Assembly: GCA_963740315.1 (NCBI GenBank)
Contig: CAVUDP010000002.1
Coordinates: 3,648,001 to 3,712,000, forward strand
DNA: 64,000 nucleotides
From: an uncultured cyanobacterium
GTDB taxonomy: Bacteria; Cyanobacteriota; Cyanobacteriia; Cyanobacteriales; Nostocaceae
Direction: 5' to 3'
The notes below the pieces were generated by a model that saw nothing but the letters and a program-made list of their open reading frames with translations, was not told the DNA's origin and did no database searches. Numbering within the stretch: the stretch's first letter is position 1; each line of letters starts with the position of its first letter. Positions 10,279 through 20,897 of the stretch are shown here, piece by piece. The position numbers were made by a program, and so were the translations under genes.

Positions 10279-11463
10279 TTAGCGATCGCCGCTCGGTAAG
10301 TATCCGCTCACCAAACAATCAGAACCTACAATTCTCATCTCTACACGTTCCAAAGATAGCGCTTGAGTCATTGTATTAAAACCTAAATCTCCTACTGGTG
10401 TGGGAGCATTACTCCCACCAATAATTTTCGGGGCTATAAACGCTAGTACTTTTTGTACTGCTCCAGAAGCGATCGCACTTGCTGCTAAGATTCCTCCACA
10501 TTCCCACAGCACGCTACAAAAACCCAACTCATATAGATAAGCCATTGCTTTTTCGGGTGTGAGTGGGGATAATTCCACTACTTCTACGCCTTGTTTTCGT
10601 AAAATTTCTTGTAAATCTGGGTTGGCTCCAGCTTCTGTTAATACAACTGTAGGAGCATCAGTTGTTTGCCAAAGATGTGCTTGTGTGGGCAAATCCAGAC
10701 TCCGGCTCATAACTACTCGTAGGGGATTGTGCGCTTCTATCAAGCGAGAAGTTAGACGGGGATTATCTTGACGTACTGTATTCCCGCCAACAACTACAGC
10801 ATCGCATCCAGCCCGTAACTGTCTAACTGCATTGCGGGCATCTTGATTTGTTACCCAAGCACTATGACCTGTGGTAGTGGCAATTTTACCATCCAAAGTC
10901 ATAGCGTATTTCAAGATACCCAAAGGCTTTTTATAAAGAATGCGATGAATAAAACCTTCATTCAACTTGCGACAAGCTTCTTCTTCTACACCCGAAACTA
11001 CTTCTATTCCAGCTTCTTGCAAACGTTTAATTCCGCCTCCAGCAACTAATGGATTTGGATCTACCATACCCACCACAGCTTTTGCCAATCCTGCGGCTAC
11101 CACAGCCTCCGAACAAGGGGGAGTACGTCCGTGGTGATTGCAGGGTTCTAAGCTGACATAAATAGTGGCTCCACGAGCATTTTCCCCAGCGGCTCTGAGC
11201 GCGAAAACTTCCGCATGAGGTTCGCCAGCGCGGGGATGAAAACCTTCTCCAATAATTTCGCCATCCTTAACAATAACCGCTCCTACCATTGGATTTGGTG
11301 AAGTACGTCCCAAAGCACGACGAGCCAGTTCCAAACAGCGCTGCATCATCCTTTTATCGAAATCGCTCCCAACTGGCGATCGCAATTTTAATTCATCTTC
11401 TTTTTCTTTTTGGGTATTAGATATCAATTTATCTGCACTATGGTTGGCAGGAGAATTGTTCAT
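10279..11463 (-). CDS. ribD: Riboflavin biosynthesis deaminase/reductase
   Basis: TSPNPMVG, HAE, LEPCNHHGRTPPC, LDGKIA, ECGG. Confidence 0.97.
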   Translation of the reverse strand: MNNSPANHSADKLISNTQKEKEDELKLRSPVGSDFDKRMMQRCLELARRALGRTSPNPMVGAVIVKDGEIIGEGFHPRAGEPHAEVFALRAAGENARGATIYVSLEPCNHHGRTPPCSEAVVAAGLAKAVVGMVDPNPLVAGGGIKRLQEAGIEVVSGVEEEACRKLNEGFIHRILYKKPLGILKYAMTLDGKIATTTGHSAWVTNQDARNAVRQLRAGCDAVVVGGNTVRQDNPRLTSRLIEAHNPLRVVMSRSLDLPTQAHLWQTTDAPTVVLTEAGANPDLQEILRKQGVEVVELSPLTPEKAMAYLYELGFCSVLWECGGILAASAIASGAVQKVLAFIAPKIIGGSNAPTPVGDLGFNTMTQALSLERVEMRIVGSDCLVSGYLPSGDR

Positions 11464-11659
11464 AATAAAGACAACTTGCGTTTTGGTTTTTGCGTAAATA
11501 TAATCAATTTTCTATCTAAATTAGGAAACAAAAGTATCAATTCAGTCAGATAAATTGACACAAACCCGATAAAAGCCTGCGATATAAAAACTTTAATCAA
11601 TCCTTGCATCCATATTGCCACCAGCACAAGAAATTCTAAAAAAATATTCCCACAAAATT

Positions 11660-11706
11660 AAGGAGGAAGGAATCAATCGGTCTTAACCGGGATTCCTTCC
11701 TCCTTT
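11660..11706. terminator. Stem-loop downstream of mreD
   Basis: aaggaggaaggaatc...gattccttcctcctt inverted repeat. Confidence 0.6.
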
Positions 11707-11709
11707 AAT

Positions 11710-11830
11710 TGGAGATGGGGAGATGGGGAGATGGGGAGATGGGGGAGAGGGGGAGATGGGGGAGAGGGGGGGATGGGGAGATGGGGAAGAGGGGGGAGAG
11801 GGGGAGACAAGGAGAGGGGGGGACAAGGGG
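11710..11830. repeat. G-rich short tandem repeats (STRR-type, ggggagat/ggggagag)
   Basis: Visible tandem 7-9-mers. Confidence 0.9.
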
Positions 11831-11892
11831 AATTTTAACCTTCGACCTTTGACCTTTAACATGCATATCTATGCCCAATGCCCCATACCAAA

Positions 11893-12522
11893 TTAAATCG
11901 ATTGCTCGGCTAACTTCAACTGTTGCCACCAACGATTTAAAGGATAGTAAACTACGGGTGCCCACAGACTGCTAAGAATAGCGGAAGCTAGAGTCACTTT
12001 TTTGTAATATGCCCAAATCACATCTGAGCTAGCAGTACCTTTTGCAATCAACTGCAAAGCAAAAATCGTATCTGATAAAATAGCCATCACGAAGACGATT
12101 AAAGCAATAGAAATAAAATCTTCTTGGATAAAACGCTGTTTTTGAAACAAACCTATTAAAAAACCTACCAAGCCCAAACTTAAAGCATGAGTTGGTTGGG
12201 ATGATGTCATTCCATCTTGAAGCAAACCTAAAACTATGCCCGCAAAAGCACCTTGAAACGCCGATCGCTTGACACTCCAAGCCACAACCCAAATTAACAG
12301 CCAGTTAGCCCCAATTCCCAACAATTCCATACCGGGAAAGCGATTTGGTAACAGAAATAAACATAATAATACAGACGCAGCGATTATTCCCCAATCTGTG
12401 AATTGACGCAAGCTAGGATGCCAACGAGAAAGAGGTTTGATGCGTTTTTTAGGTTTTTTGCGTCGGGATGGGGGCTGTGCAGAAGTTTGTTTCTTCTTCT
12501 CCCTAGATTTGAGAATTTTCAT
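11893..12522 (-). CDS. mreD: Rod shape-determining protein MreD
   Basis: Multi-TM protein with GLLQDG, downstream of mreC. Confidence 0.9.
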   Translation of the reverse strand: MKILKSREKKKQTSAQPPSRRKKPKKRIKPLSRWHPSLRQFTDWGIIAASVLLCLFLLPNRFPGMELLGIGANWLLIWVVAWSVKRSAFQGAFAGIVLGLLQDGMTSSQPTHALSLGLVGFLIGLFQKQRFIQEDFISIALIVFVMAILSDTIFALQLIAKGTASSDVIWAYYKKVTLASAILSSLWAPVVYYPLNRWWQQLKLAEQSI

Positions 12523-12547
12523 CTTACTTACGGCTTAATCTTATATC

Positions 12548-13321
12548 TTAATTTTTAGGTGCACTTACGGCTGGCTTGGGATTAACCGTTACCCAGTCAA
12601 GAGAACGAATCGGTGGAAAAAGCTCTACTGTTGCAACTGATGCGGGAAGTCTCTTTAAATCTAATGATTTTATTTTTCCTATAGGTACGCCCGAAGGAAA
12701 CTTTGAACTATAAGTTGATGTAGAAACCACATCTCCAGGTTTTACATTAGGAACTTTCTCATAAAATTCCAACACTGCATCAGCAGAACCATCTCCTTGT
12801 AAAATACCTTTAGCTCCAGTGCGGCTAACATTTACCCCTACTTGTGAATTCATATCGCTGATTAACAGCACGCGGCTAGTATTGGCAGTTACGCTGTCTA
12901 TCAACCCAACCAAACCGCCTTCAGCTTTAACGATATAACCGGATTTGATTCCCATAAGGCTACCGCGATTTAAAGTCACCTGCTGCCACCAATTATCTGC
13001 ACTACGCCCAACCACGCGAGCCGGAACTGTAGGTGCATCTTTTGGTTCTTTTTCTACATACTTTAATAAAGCTTTGAGATTCTTATTCTGGCTTTCTAAT
13101 TCAACTATCTTAGTTTGCAGTTCCTGTACCTTGGCATCCTTAAGATATTCTTCTTGATTTGGTTTGGTTTGGAACACCTCAAGCGGACGAGTAATACTGT
13201 CATAGAACTCAACCAAAAGTTCACCTTGAGTTTGGCGAACGAATACAGCACCACCAACCACTAAAACTAATAACCCTAAATGTAATCCTTTACGCTCCCA
13301 CCAGCGACGTACAGTAAACAT
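12548..13321 (-). CDS. mreC: Rod shape-determining protein MreC
   Basis: TM segment, coiled coil, ARVVGRS, GLVG, GDVVSTS, FPSGVPIG. Confidence 0.93.
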   Translation of the reverse strand: MFTVRRWWERKGLHLGLLVLVVGGAVFVRQTQGELLVEFYDSITRPLEVFQTKPNQEEYLKDAKVQELQTKIVELESQNKNLKALLKYVEKEPKDAPTVPARVVGRSADNWWQQVTLNRGSLMGIKSGYIVKAEGGLVGLIDSVTANTSRVLLISDMNSQVGVNVSRTGAKGILQGDGSADAVLEFYEKVPNVKPGDVVSTSTYSSKFPSGVPIGKIKSLDLKRLPASVATVELFPPIRSLDWVTVNPKPAVSAPKN

Positions 13322-13413
13322 ATAAACCTTTGTATAGCAAAATTTTAATTTATTTAATTAAGAAGATATCGGATTTTATAAAGAATCCAATATCTTACAT
13401 AGCGATCGCGTTC

Positions 13414-14457
13414 CTACATATTGCGAGAACGTCCGCTGAATACCCGTTCTAACTGCTTGAAATTTTCTAAAACGCGACCAGTACCCAAAACCACACAGCT
13501 TAAAGGGTCGGCTGCAATGTGTGTTACAATTCCCGTTTCATGACTGATTAAAGTATCTATGCCTTTTAGCAAAGCACCACCACCAGCAAGCATAATACCC
13601 CTGTCAATAATATCTGCTGCCAATTCTGGAGGTGTACGTTCTAACGTCCGCTTCACCGCTTCAATAATAACTGAAAGCGGTTCAGCCATACTTTCACGGA
13701 TTTCTGGTCCTTTAATTGTTACCGTTCTTGGCAGACCAGAAAGTAGATGTAAACCTCTAACTTCCATGATCGCTTCTTCATCATCATGAGTCGGATAAGC
13801 AGAACCAATACGAATCTTGATATCTTCTGCTGTACGTTCCCCAATCACCAAGTTATGAACTTTCTTCATATACTGGGTAATTGATTCGGTTAATTCATCT
13901 CCAGCAATACGTACTGATTCGCTCAGCACCGTACCTTGAAGACTCAATACTGCAACTTCAGTGGTACCACCACCAATATCAATAATCATGTTACCAGTAG
14001 GCTCGGCTACTGGCAGTCCTGCCCCAATGGCTGCTGCTACAGGTTCATCGATTAGATAAACTTCTCTAGCCCCTGCTTGGGAAGCAGCATCCATCACAGC
14101 CCTTCTTTCAACCCCAGTGACACCACTAGGGATGCCAATTACAATTCTAGGTAAAACTAAAGATTTGCCCTCGTTAACGCGCTGAATAAAATGCTTCAGC
14201 ATCAACTCAGCAGTATCAAAGTCAGCAATTACACCATCGCGTAAAGGACGCAATGCGATTACATTCCCAGGAGTCCTACCGAGCATTTTCTTCGCATCTT
14301 CTCCAACAGCCAGCGCTACCTTTTCAATTTGATCTATGGCAACAACTGACGGCTCTTGGAGTACAATGCCTTTACCAGAAACATAAACGAGAGTGTTAGC
14401 AGTACCCAGGTCGATACCCATATCCCGCGACAAGGAAAACTTACTGAAAAGACCCAC
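13414..14457 (-). CDS. mreB: Rod shape-determining protein MreB
   Basis: DLGTANT, EPSVVA, RPLRDGVIADF, DIGGGTTEVA. Confidence 0.98.
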   Translation of the reverse strand: MGLFSKFSLSRDMGIDLGTANTLVYVSGKGIVLQEPSVVAIDQIEKVALAVGEDAKKMLGRTPGNVIALRPLRDGVIADFDTAELMLKHFIQRVNEGKSLVLPRIVIGIPSGVTGVERRAVMDAASQAGAREVYLIDEPVAAAIGAGLPVAEPTGNMIIDIGGGTTEVAVLSLQGTVLSESVRIAGDELTESITQYMKKVHNLVIGERTAEDIKIRIGSAYPTHDDEEAIMEVRGLHLLSGLPRTVTIKGPEIRESMAEPLSVIIEAVKRTLERTPPELAADIIDRGIMLAGGGALLKGIDTLISHETGIVTHIAADPLSCVVLGTGRVLENFKQLERVFSGRSRNM

Positions 14458-14789
14458 GCGTTTCTACGCCCCCTATTCTGGTTACTTTTTACTACGACAG
14501 AAATACTCAATCGTGCTGGATTTTATTATTTTTTTTGACCTTAGTCTAGTAAAGTAGATTAACTTTTTATATATCTTTCTGAATCTTTACCATATCCAGT
14601 CCCCTTTGAGTTTTATCTTCTTGGATTTAATCGATCTATCAGTATGCTTTTGCAATTTAGGTATAGTTATTTTTATCATCTATTTGATAAATTATGTTGT
14701 TAATTATTTAACACTACGCCAAATGTGTTCTAATCCGCTATTATAAGAATCAGCATTTCAAAGTACACTAGTACTAAAAGCAGAAACAT

Positions 14790-15149
14790 ATGAGTATTAA
14801 TGTTGTTCACCTTGTTGGTCGTGTAGGTACCAACCCCGAAATGAGATATTTTGACTCTGGTAGTGTCAAGTGTAGATTAACACTAGCAGTAGACCGCCGT
14901 AGAAAAGACAGCGGACCAGATTGGTTTAACCTCGAACTGTGGGGTAAAACAGCAGAGATTGCCAATAGTTACGTGCGTAAGGGTAAACAAATCGCCGTCA
15001 GAGGTTCCCTGAAGTTAGATAGCTGGAACGATCGCGAAACAGGGGTACTTCGTTCTTCGCCAGTGATTAATGTAGATGAACTACAGTTGTTAGGTTCAAA
15101 GAGAGATTCCGAAACTGAAGCGATCGATAACAGTCCAGAACATTTTTAA
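14790..15149 (+). CDS. ssb: Single-stranded DNA-binding protein
   Basis: INVVHLVGR, WGKTAE, KGKQIAVRG OB-fold motifs. Confidence 0.95.
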   Translation: MSINVVHLVGRVGTNPEMRYFDSGSVKCRLTLAVDRRRKDSGPDWFNLELWGKTAEIANSYVRKGKQIAVRGSLKLDSWNDRETGVLRSSPVINVDELQLLGSKRDSETEAIDNSPEHF

Positions 15150-15186
15150 TTAGTTGTTAGTTGTTAGTTGTTAGTTGTTAGTTGTT
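15150..15186. repeat. Heptamer STRR (ttagttg)n; complementary (caactaa)n array at 15465-15515
   Basis: Tandem 7-mers, inverted relative to each other, between convergent genes. Confidence 0.85.
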
Positions 15187-15511
15187 TGATAATTATGGAT
15201 CGCTATCTTTGTTTTAGTTATCCATAAATCGCATATCAAGGCAACAAAAGTCAGAGGATATCTTAAAAGTATCTGGCAACAAGTGCTACTACACAAACGA
15301 CGACCTCAACTAAACTAATGAATTCTTAACCCGCTCCCACGGCGGGTTTTGCTTGTTTAGTAACAGTTTCAACCGTCCGTTAAACTACTAAATTAGACTT
15401 TTAATTTTAACTTTCAACTCCCCTTTCTAAATAGCTACGGGAATCGAAGCAATATTCAACCAGTAACAACTAACAACTAACCACTAACAACTAACAACTA
15501 ACAACTAACAA

Positions 15512-16258
15512 CTAATAACTAATTCGTAACGTAACAGATGCTCCTACTTCTTGTTCCCCGCCAACTACAGGAGTGGGTGCAGCTTCTGACAATGCTGCTT
15601 GTGGAACTGGATTCCGATACATAATTGGAGAGGGCATAGAAGCATTTCCGACTTGAATATTAACTATTTCTTTCGGCGTAAAACCCAAGCTGGAAAAAAC
15701 TGCATCGGCTTGTTTTCGAGCATCTTGAGTTGCTTCTTTGAGTGCTTGCTGTCTTGCTTGAGTTGTTGCTTCTTCGGTAGCTACAAATTGAACGCTATCA
15801 ATTCGCGTTGCACCGGCTTTTATCGCTTCATCCAATAAATTACCAGTTTTTTCGGTAGGTACGCGGAAACTGACGATATTTGTAGCTTCATAACCTTCAA
15901 TTTTCCGTACATTGTCTTTGTAACTGTACGCTGGATTGAGTCGGATGCCGGTGGTTTCTAACTTCTCTACATTTCGCGATTTAAGTAACGTTACTACAGC
16001 ATTAGATTTACGAGCGGCTTCTTGCTGTACAACGTTTGCTGTTTTACCGTTCACCTGCACTCCCAAACTCACTTTAGACAAAGTTGTAGGAATCGTTTCT
16101 ACTCCTTGTCCGGTAACTGTTAATGTTCTTAACATTATTTTCTCTTCTGCCCAACCAGGTTGAACGGAAGCAACGGTGACTAAAAACGCAATGGGTAAAG
16201 TTTTCCATAAATTTTTGTAACCTTGCAATTTATAGCCGAATAATTGCACTTTATTCAT
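15512..16258 (-). CDS. SIMPL/DUF541 domain periplasmic protein
   Basis: Signal peptide, LTVTGQG, LDEAIKAGA..I..V.F, C-terminal ASVTLRISY. Confidence 0.9.
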   Translation of the reverse strand: MNKVQLFGYKLQGYKNLWKTLPIAFLVTVASVQPGWAEEKIMLRTLTVTGQGVETIPTTLSKVSLGVQVNGKTANVVQQEAARKSNAVVTLLKSRNVEKLETTGIRLNPAYSYKDNVRKIEGYEATNIVSFRVPTEKTGNLLDEAIKAGATRIDSVQFVATEEATTQARQQALKEATQDARKQADAVFSSLGFTPKEIVNIQVGNASMPSPIMYRNPVPQAALSEAAPTPVVGGEQEVGASVTLRISY

Positions 16259-16419
16259 AATATTTTACTCCTAATTAAATTATTATCTTTGATATTTTAC
16301 TTAGAGTATTTACTGAGTTTCAATGTTCCTGTTTGTTGAATCAGTTTTGAAAAAAGAAAACGGTAGAGTGTATAGAAAAAGATTTATGATTTGATTTAAT
16401 TACAAATAAAGGATCGGAG

Positions 16420-16830
16420 ATGAATTGGTTATTGAAAACCGAACCTAACGAGTATTCCTATGCCGATTTAGAAAAAGAAAAGACTGCGGTATGGGATGGA
16501 GTCAAAAATGCACTTGCTCTTAAAAATATGCGTACAATGCGGACGGGTGAAGAAGCATTGATTTATCATACTGGTAAAGAACGAAGAATTATCGGAGTTG
16601 CACGAGTCGCGAGTATTGCATATCCCGATCCAAAATTAAACGATCTTAAAAGATTGGTTATAAATATACAGGCAGTACGGAAATTGACCGAGCCTATTAC
16701 TTTAAAGCAAATCAAGCAAGACGAAAAATTTGTCGGTTTTGATTTATTGCGCTTGCCGAGACTATCAATAGTTCCAGTTTTACCTGAATATTGGCAGCGC
16801 TTACTACAGAAAGAGGGCGATATTCGCTAA
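16420..16830 (+). CDS. EVE domain protein
   Basis: WLLKTEP, WDGVKN, IYHTG, RLSIVPV. Confidence 0.92.
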   Translation: MNWLLKTEPNEYSYADLEKEKTAVWDGVKNALALKNMRTMRTGEEALIYHTGKERRIIGVARVASIAYPDPKLNDLKRLVINIQAVRKLTEPITLKQIKQDEKFVGFDLLRLPRLSIVPVLPEYWQRLLQKEGDIR

Positions 16831-16899
16831 TTTTTTGTTTATTACTATTGACAGGAGAACCGATTTAAGCAGATTCGATCGAGCAGTTACGGTTTAATT

Positions 16900-17332
16900 A
16901 TGGCAACTTTCCTGATTGGGGTTGCGATCGCAAGTAAAGTTATCACAGGTTTTAGTGTTTTTAATCAACCTCAAATTAATCGCTCCGGGCGATTGGTGTG
17001 GGAATGATTCCTCGAAACGAGGTGGCATTAGCGTTTAATAACTGCGATCGGGGATGGCTATTCTAACCAGCTTTTTGGCTCCTCTATTACGGTTTACCGA
17101 ACCTCAAAAAACGACTACGAAAGAGCAAAAAATGATCTTAGGCAGCCCTTATTTTCCAAAAACTAGTCGTGAAGGGCAAACTGAATCTAACTCAGATTAC
17201 CAAGTTTTTTGTTCATCTTCACAAGTTGAAGCGGCGACGAATAGCTTCACAAGAGTAAGGAAAACAGACCATTTTCTTTCCCAATATTTTGATAACTGTA
17301 AATCTTATAGTCCAAAATTGTGGCAAATATAA
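16900..17332 (+). pseudogene. Degraded C-terminal fragment of a cation:proton antiporter (NhaS3-like)
   Basis: Reads ATFLIGVAIASKVITGFSVFNQPQINR / IGVGMIPRNEVALAF / MAILTSFLAPLLRF across frameshifts and deletions. Confidence 0.7.
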
Positions 17333-17960
17333 AGAAAGTCTCATTGATTACTGTGAATCTAAGCGTTTTCACTTCAGTAAACAAAAAAACACGGTTATAA
17401 AATTATTGATGGTTAAGTGTTTATTATACCAACGGAAACTTATTTCAAAAAATCTCCGTCCCCTTTAATTATAATTTTTACGAGCTTTTTTACATAAAGT
17501 TCGACATCAGTTACTTGAATATTTTTTCAAGTTTTGCATCTGTCCGTACTGCTTTTAAAGCCGATAATTTTTTACTCGGTGCATTGATTACCGCTTCATT
17601 TCAAAATTTCAAAAATGCCTTTGCCCTGCATAATATCTCTAACTAGCATTGACTGTAATAGTTAATTCTTGTTATCTATTTGTGGGTTCAAATAGTATGC
17701 TTTATAGGCAGAATTTATTGCTATAACGACATACAATCAGAATTTCTCGTGCTACAATTTCTAGCCAACAGCTAACCGCGTCCTTTTTTAAGAAGCGTTT
17801 TCAACTGTGGACGTATAGTAGTAAAAAATTGTCTATTCCGGCAAGCAACACTGGTAACATATTTATCTTTAATGACGGTTCTAGCTTTGATAGTACGAGT
17901 AAGAATTGAAACTTTTTATAGATTAACCGCTCTCGTAAATGCGACTTAGGAGAAAGCACT

Positions 17961-19862
17961 GTGAAACTACACTGGTTAATACCTGGGACTTTTTTGACTG
18001 TCTCCCTGTTATCGTCGCCTGCGGATGCAGCTAAGCTAGAGTCTTGGAATTTTGACGCAAATCAAAATAGCCTTGAGTTTAATACTGATGCTGCTGTACA
18101 ACCGAAGGCGCAACTAATTTTCAATCCAACTCGCGTAGTAATTGATTTACCTGGAGTTGAATTTGGTCGTCCGCAACTTAAAAAATCTGTAGGTGGTGCT
18201 ATTAGTGCCGTCCGTATCGGTCAATTCGACCCCCAAACCACGCGCATGGTGGTAGAGTTAAGCCCCGGTTATACTTTAGACGCAAATCAAATCAAATTTG
18301 AAGGAGTAAGTCCCAGTCGTTGGAGAGTAAAATTACCTTCACCACAACTTGAGAATACAAATAACGAAAGAAGTATTTACAGCGTAGTACGAACCAGTAA
18401 TACAGCACCTAGTACTCCACCTCCTACAGGCAATCAAACGGTAATCAGAACTGCTCAAAATACTGCTCAAAATACTGCTCAAATTGAAAGAATACTTCCA
18501 ACGGGTGACGGCTTTTTTGTTCGTACAAATGGTGGTAAAGCATCTGGGGTACAAGTTAACCGCGATGGTGAAGAATTTATCAATGTAGATGTTTCTGGAG
18601 CTACACTATCATCGGGCTTACCGCGAGGCGAATTTTCGATGAATCGTTTTGGTGTAGTAGGAGTTGAATTTAAGCAATTAAACTCAACAACAACTCGTAT
18701 TCGGTTGCGGGTAAACAGAAATAGCCCCAATTGGCGAGCTAATATTAGCAGTTTTGGCGGCATAGTTTTGCTGCCTAACGCTAAAGTTACTCAATTGCCT
18801 ACAAATAGCAATCCCAACCCACCAGTAAATCGACCAATACCTTCTCCATCACCACCACCAAGCAGATCGGTTAATAAGTCTGTAGCTGAAATCAAATCCG
18901 TTGAATTGGATGATAATGGCAAGAAATTAGTTGTCAAAGCTAATAAATCATTATCTGGAAGTACCAGCAGTTGGGATAGAACTACTGCAATGTACAAAAT
19001 TCTGATTCCCAATGCTCGCTTAGCGTCTTCTATTAAAGGTCCAGATTTTAAACCTAATAGTTCTGTATTGCGGGTACGTATGCGACAGCAAGACGCAAAT
19101 ACAGTTGCTATTTACGTTTTGCCAGCATCTAATGTTAATTTCGGAAGACTTGATGTCCGAGGAGACAAATTATCTTTAGAATTGCAGCGTAATAGTGCAG
19201 TCAAACCGCCAGTTGTTTTACCTCCTATTCCACTACCGAATCCAGTTGCAGGTTCTAAACCAGTTCCCGTTCCCGTTCCTCCTAAGCCCAAGCCAAAACC
19301 AGCACCAAAACCGGCTCCTAGAGGTCAGGTAACAGTTATGATCGACCCCGGGCATGGTGGTAAAGACCCAGGTGCAATTGGTATTGGCGGACTGCGAGAA
19401 AAAGATGTAATCTTGCCTATCAGTCAAAAAGTCGCTGAAATTTTGCGGAAAAATGGAGTCAATGCAGTACTCACCCGTAACACCGACTATTTTGTCAGCT
19501 TAAAAGGACGAGTCGTAATGTCTGAAAGACGCGATGCCGATCTATTTGTCAGCATCCATGCCAATTCTTTAGGTTTAAGTCGTCCCGATATTAGCGGCTT
19601 AGAAGTTTATTACTATAGCAGTGGTAAACGTCTGGCTGATGCGGTGCGTCAAGGTATTACTCGAAAAGTGAAGGTTAAAGACCGAGGAATACGACGAGCT
19701 AGATTTTACGTACTCCGCAAAACTTCTATGCCAGCCATTCTGGTAGAAACTGGTTACGTAACTGGTAGAGAAGATGCTGCTAAGTTAAAACAAACTTCGT
19801 ACCGAAATCAAATGGCGGAAGGAATTGCTGATGGTATTTTACGGTACCTGAAACGTAGGTAA
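17961..19862 (+). CDS. amiC1: N-acetylmuramoyl-L-alanine amidase with AMIN domains
   Basis: Signal peptide, AMIN (PTRVVIDLP), Pro-rich linker, Amidase_3 DPGHGG..E..SIHAN..LVETG; first of a tandem pair before murI. Confidence 0.9.
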   Translation: MKLHWLIPGTFLTVSLLSSPADAAKLESWNFDANQNSLEFNTDAAVQPKAQLIFNPTRVVIDLPGVEFGRPQLKKSVGGAISAVRIGQFDPQTTRMVVELSPGYTLDANQIKFEGVSPSRWRVKLPSPQLENTNNERSIYSVVRTSNTAPSTPPPTGNQTVIRTAQNTAQNTAQIERILPTGDGFFVRTNGGKASGVQVNRDGEEFINVDVSGATLSSGLPRGEFSMNRFGVVGVEFKQLNSTTTRIRLRVNRNSPNWRANISSFGGIVLLPNAKVTQLPTNSNPNPPVNRPIPSPSPPPSRSVNKSVAEIKSVELDDNGKKLVVKANKSLSGSTSSWDRTTAMYKILIPNARLASSIKGPDFKPNSSVLRVRMRQQDANTVAIYVLPASNVNFGRLDVRGDKLSLELQRNSAVKPPVVLPPIPLPNPVAGSKPVPVPVPPKPKPKPAPKPAPRGQVTVMIDPGHGGKDPGAIGIGGLREKDVILPISQKVAEILRKNGVNAVLTRNTDYFVSLKGRVVMSERRDADLFVSIHANSLGLSRPDISGLEVYYYSSGKRLADAVRQGITRKVKVKDRGIRRARFYVLRKTSMPAILVETGYVTGREDAAKLKQTSYRNQMAEGIADGILRYLKRR

Positions 19863-19953
19863 AAATATATAAATCGACCATAAGTAATGGGTAAAGTTGG
19901 GTAAATTTACATATTATAAATTTGCCTATTTAATCAAAAAGAGCGGTTATTAT

Positions 19954-19992
19954 AGGGGAATTCTTGCTCTCAAGCGGGCAAGGATTCCCCTA
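19954..19992 (+). terminator. Intrinsic terminator after amiC1
   Basis: aggggaattcttgct...ggcaaggattcccct hairpin followed by a T-rich tract. Confidence 0.65.
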
Positions 19993-20897
19993 TTTTATTT
20001 ACCTGCCTCGACTAGTATTGAGACTGGCACCACAGAGAGTTGAATTTAATTAAACATTTCTTGCTGCGATAATTTTTTTATGGATAAAAAACTTAATTAA
20101 AGTGCTACCTTAAAACATTATCAAATTAGATATATGGTTATAATACGCTTTTAAATCTTATTTGTATCTATAATCTCATATTTTATGTTCAAGCTCAACG
20201 GATTCAAAAAAATCAAGCGATAGAACTGGTTTTTAACAAGCCTATCTTGCTGTTACAGGCAATAAGCAAAAGAAAAATCCAAAAATAAATCATATTTTTT
20301 CAGATAGCCATTACTCGAAATCTGTTTTATAGTTTTTTTCTATATCGCCCTAGTTAATTTCTAATGCATAGTATGATTTTTTGTAAATTGGGGAACATTT
20401 TCTTTAAAAACGTAAGCAAGAACCAGATATTTTATGAAATTATTCTAATATCAAAACTAGTTAACTGTTCTAAGATTAAAGTCAAGTCAAGCTAGAACTA
20501 CTTATCTTTAAATCTATTTATTACAATTCATCTATGGGAGCAATGCAGCGCCAGAAATAACTACATTTTTTACCAACACCCTCAAGAGATTTAAATTACA
20601 CGTCCAATAGAACTTATGAGTTGAATAAAATGTCACTGATTTAATTTTACAGCTAAGTTAAACTTTAATTAACTGGATCTTGGTATAATCAAATGCTAAA
20701 AAGCACATAATTATATTCTTGAGGCAGACAAATAAAAAGCTTCATCAAGACGGTTAATACAATTAACAATGTCTTTAATACCTGCGGCTTTGTCCGGAAT
20801 TGACAACGGCAATGCTTGATTTTATATCGAAGCATGAAGTACAAACACTTTTACAGATTAATAGTTATCAATAATATACCGATTAGGAGAAAACGCT

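Noticed and set aside
11705..11965. Pro/Ser-rich 86-aa ORF
   Set aside because: Translation of the STRR array, overlapping mreD.
16420..16830. EVE protein as part of a modification-dependent restriction system
   Set aside because: Stand-alone domain in a housekeeping context with no nuclease partner.
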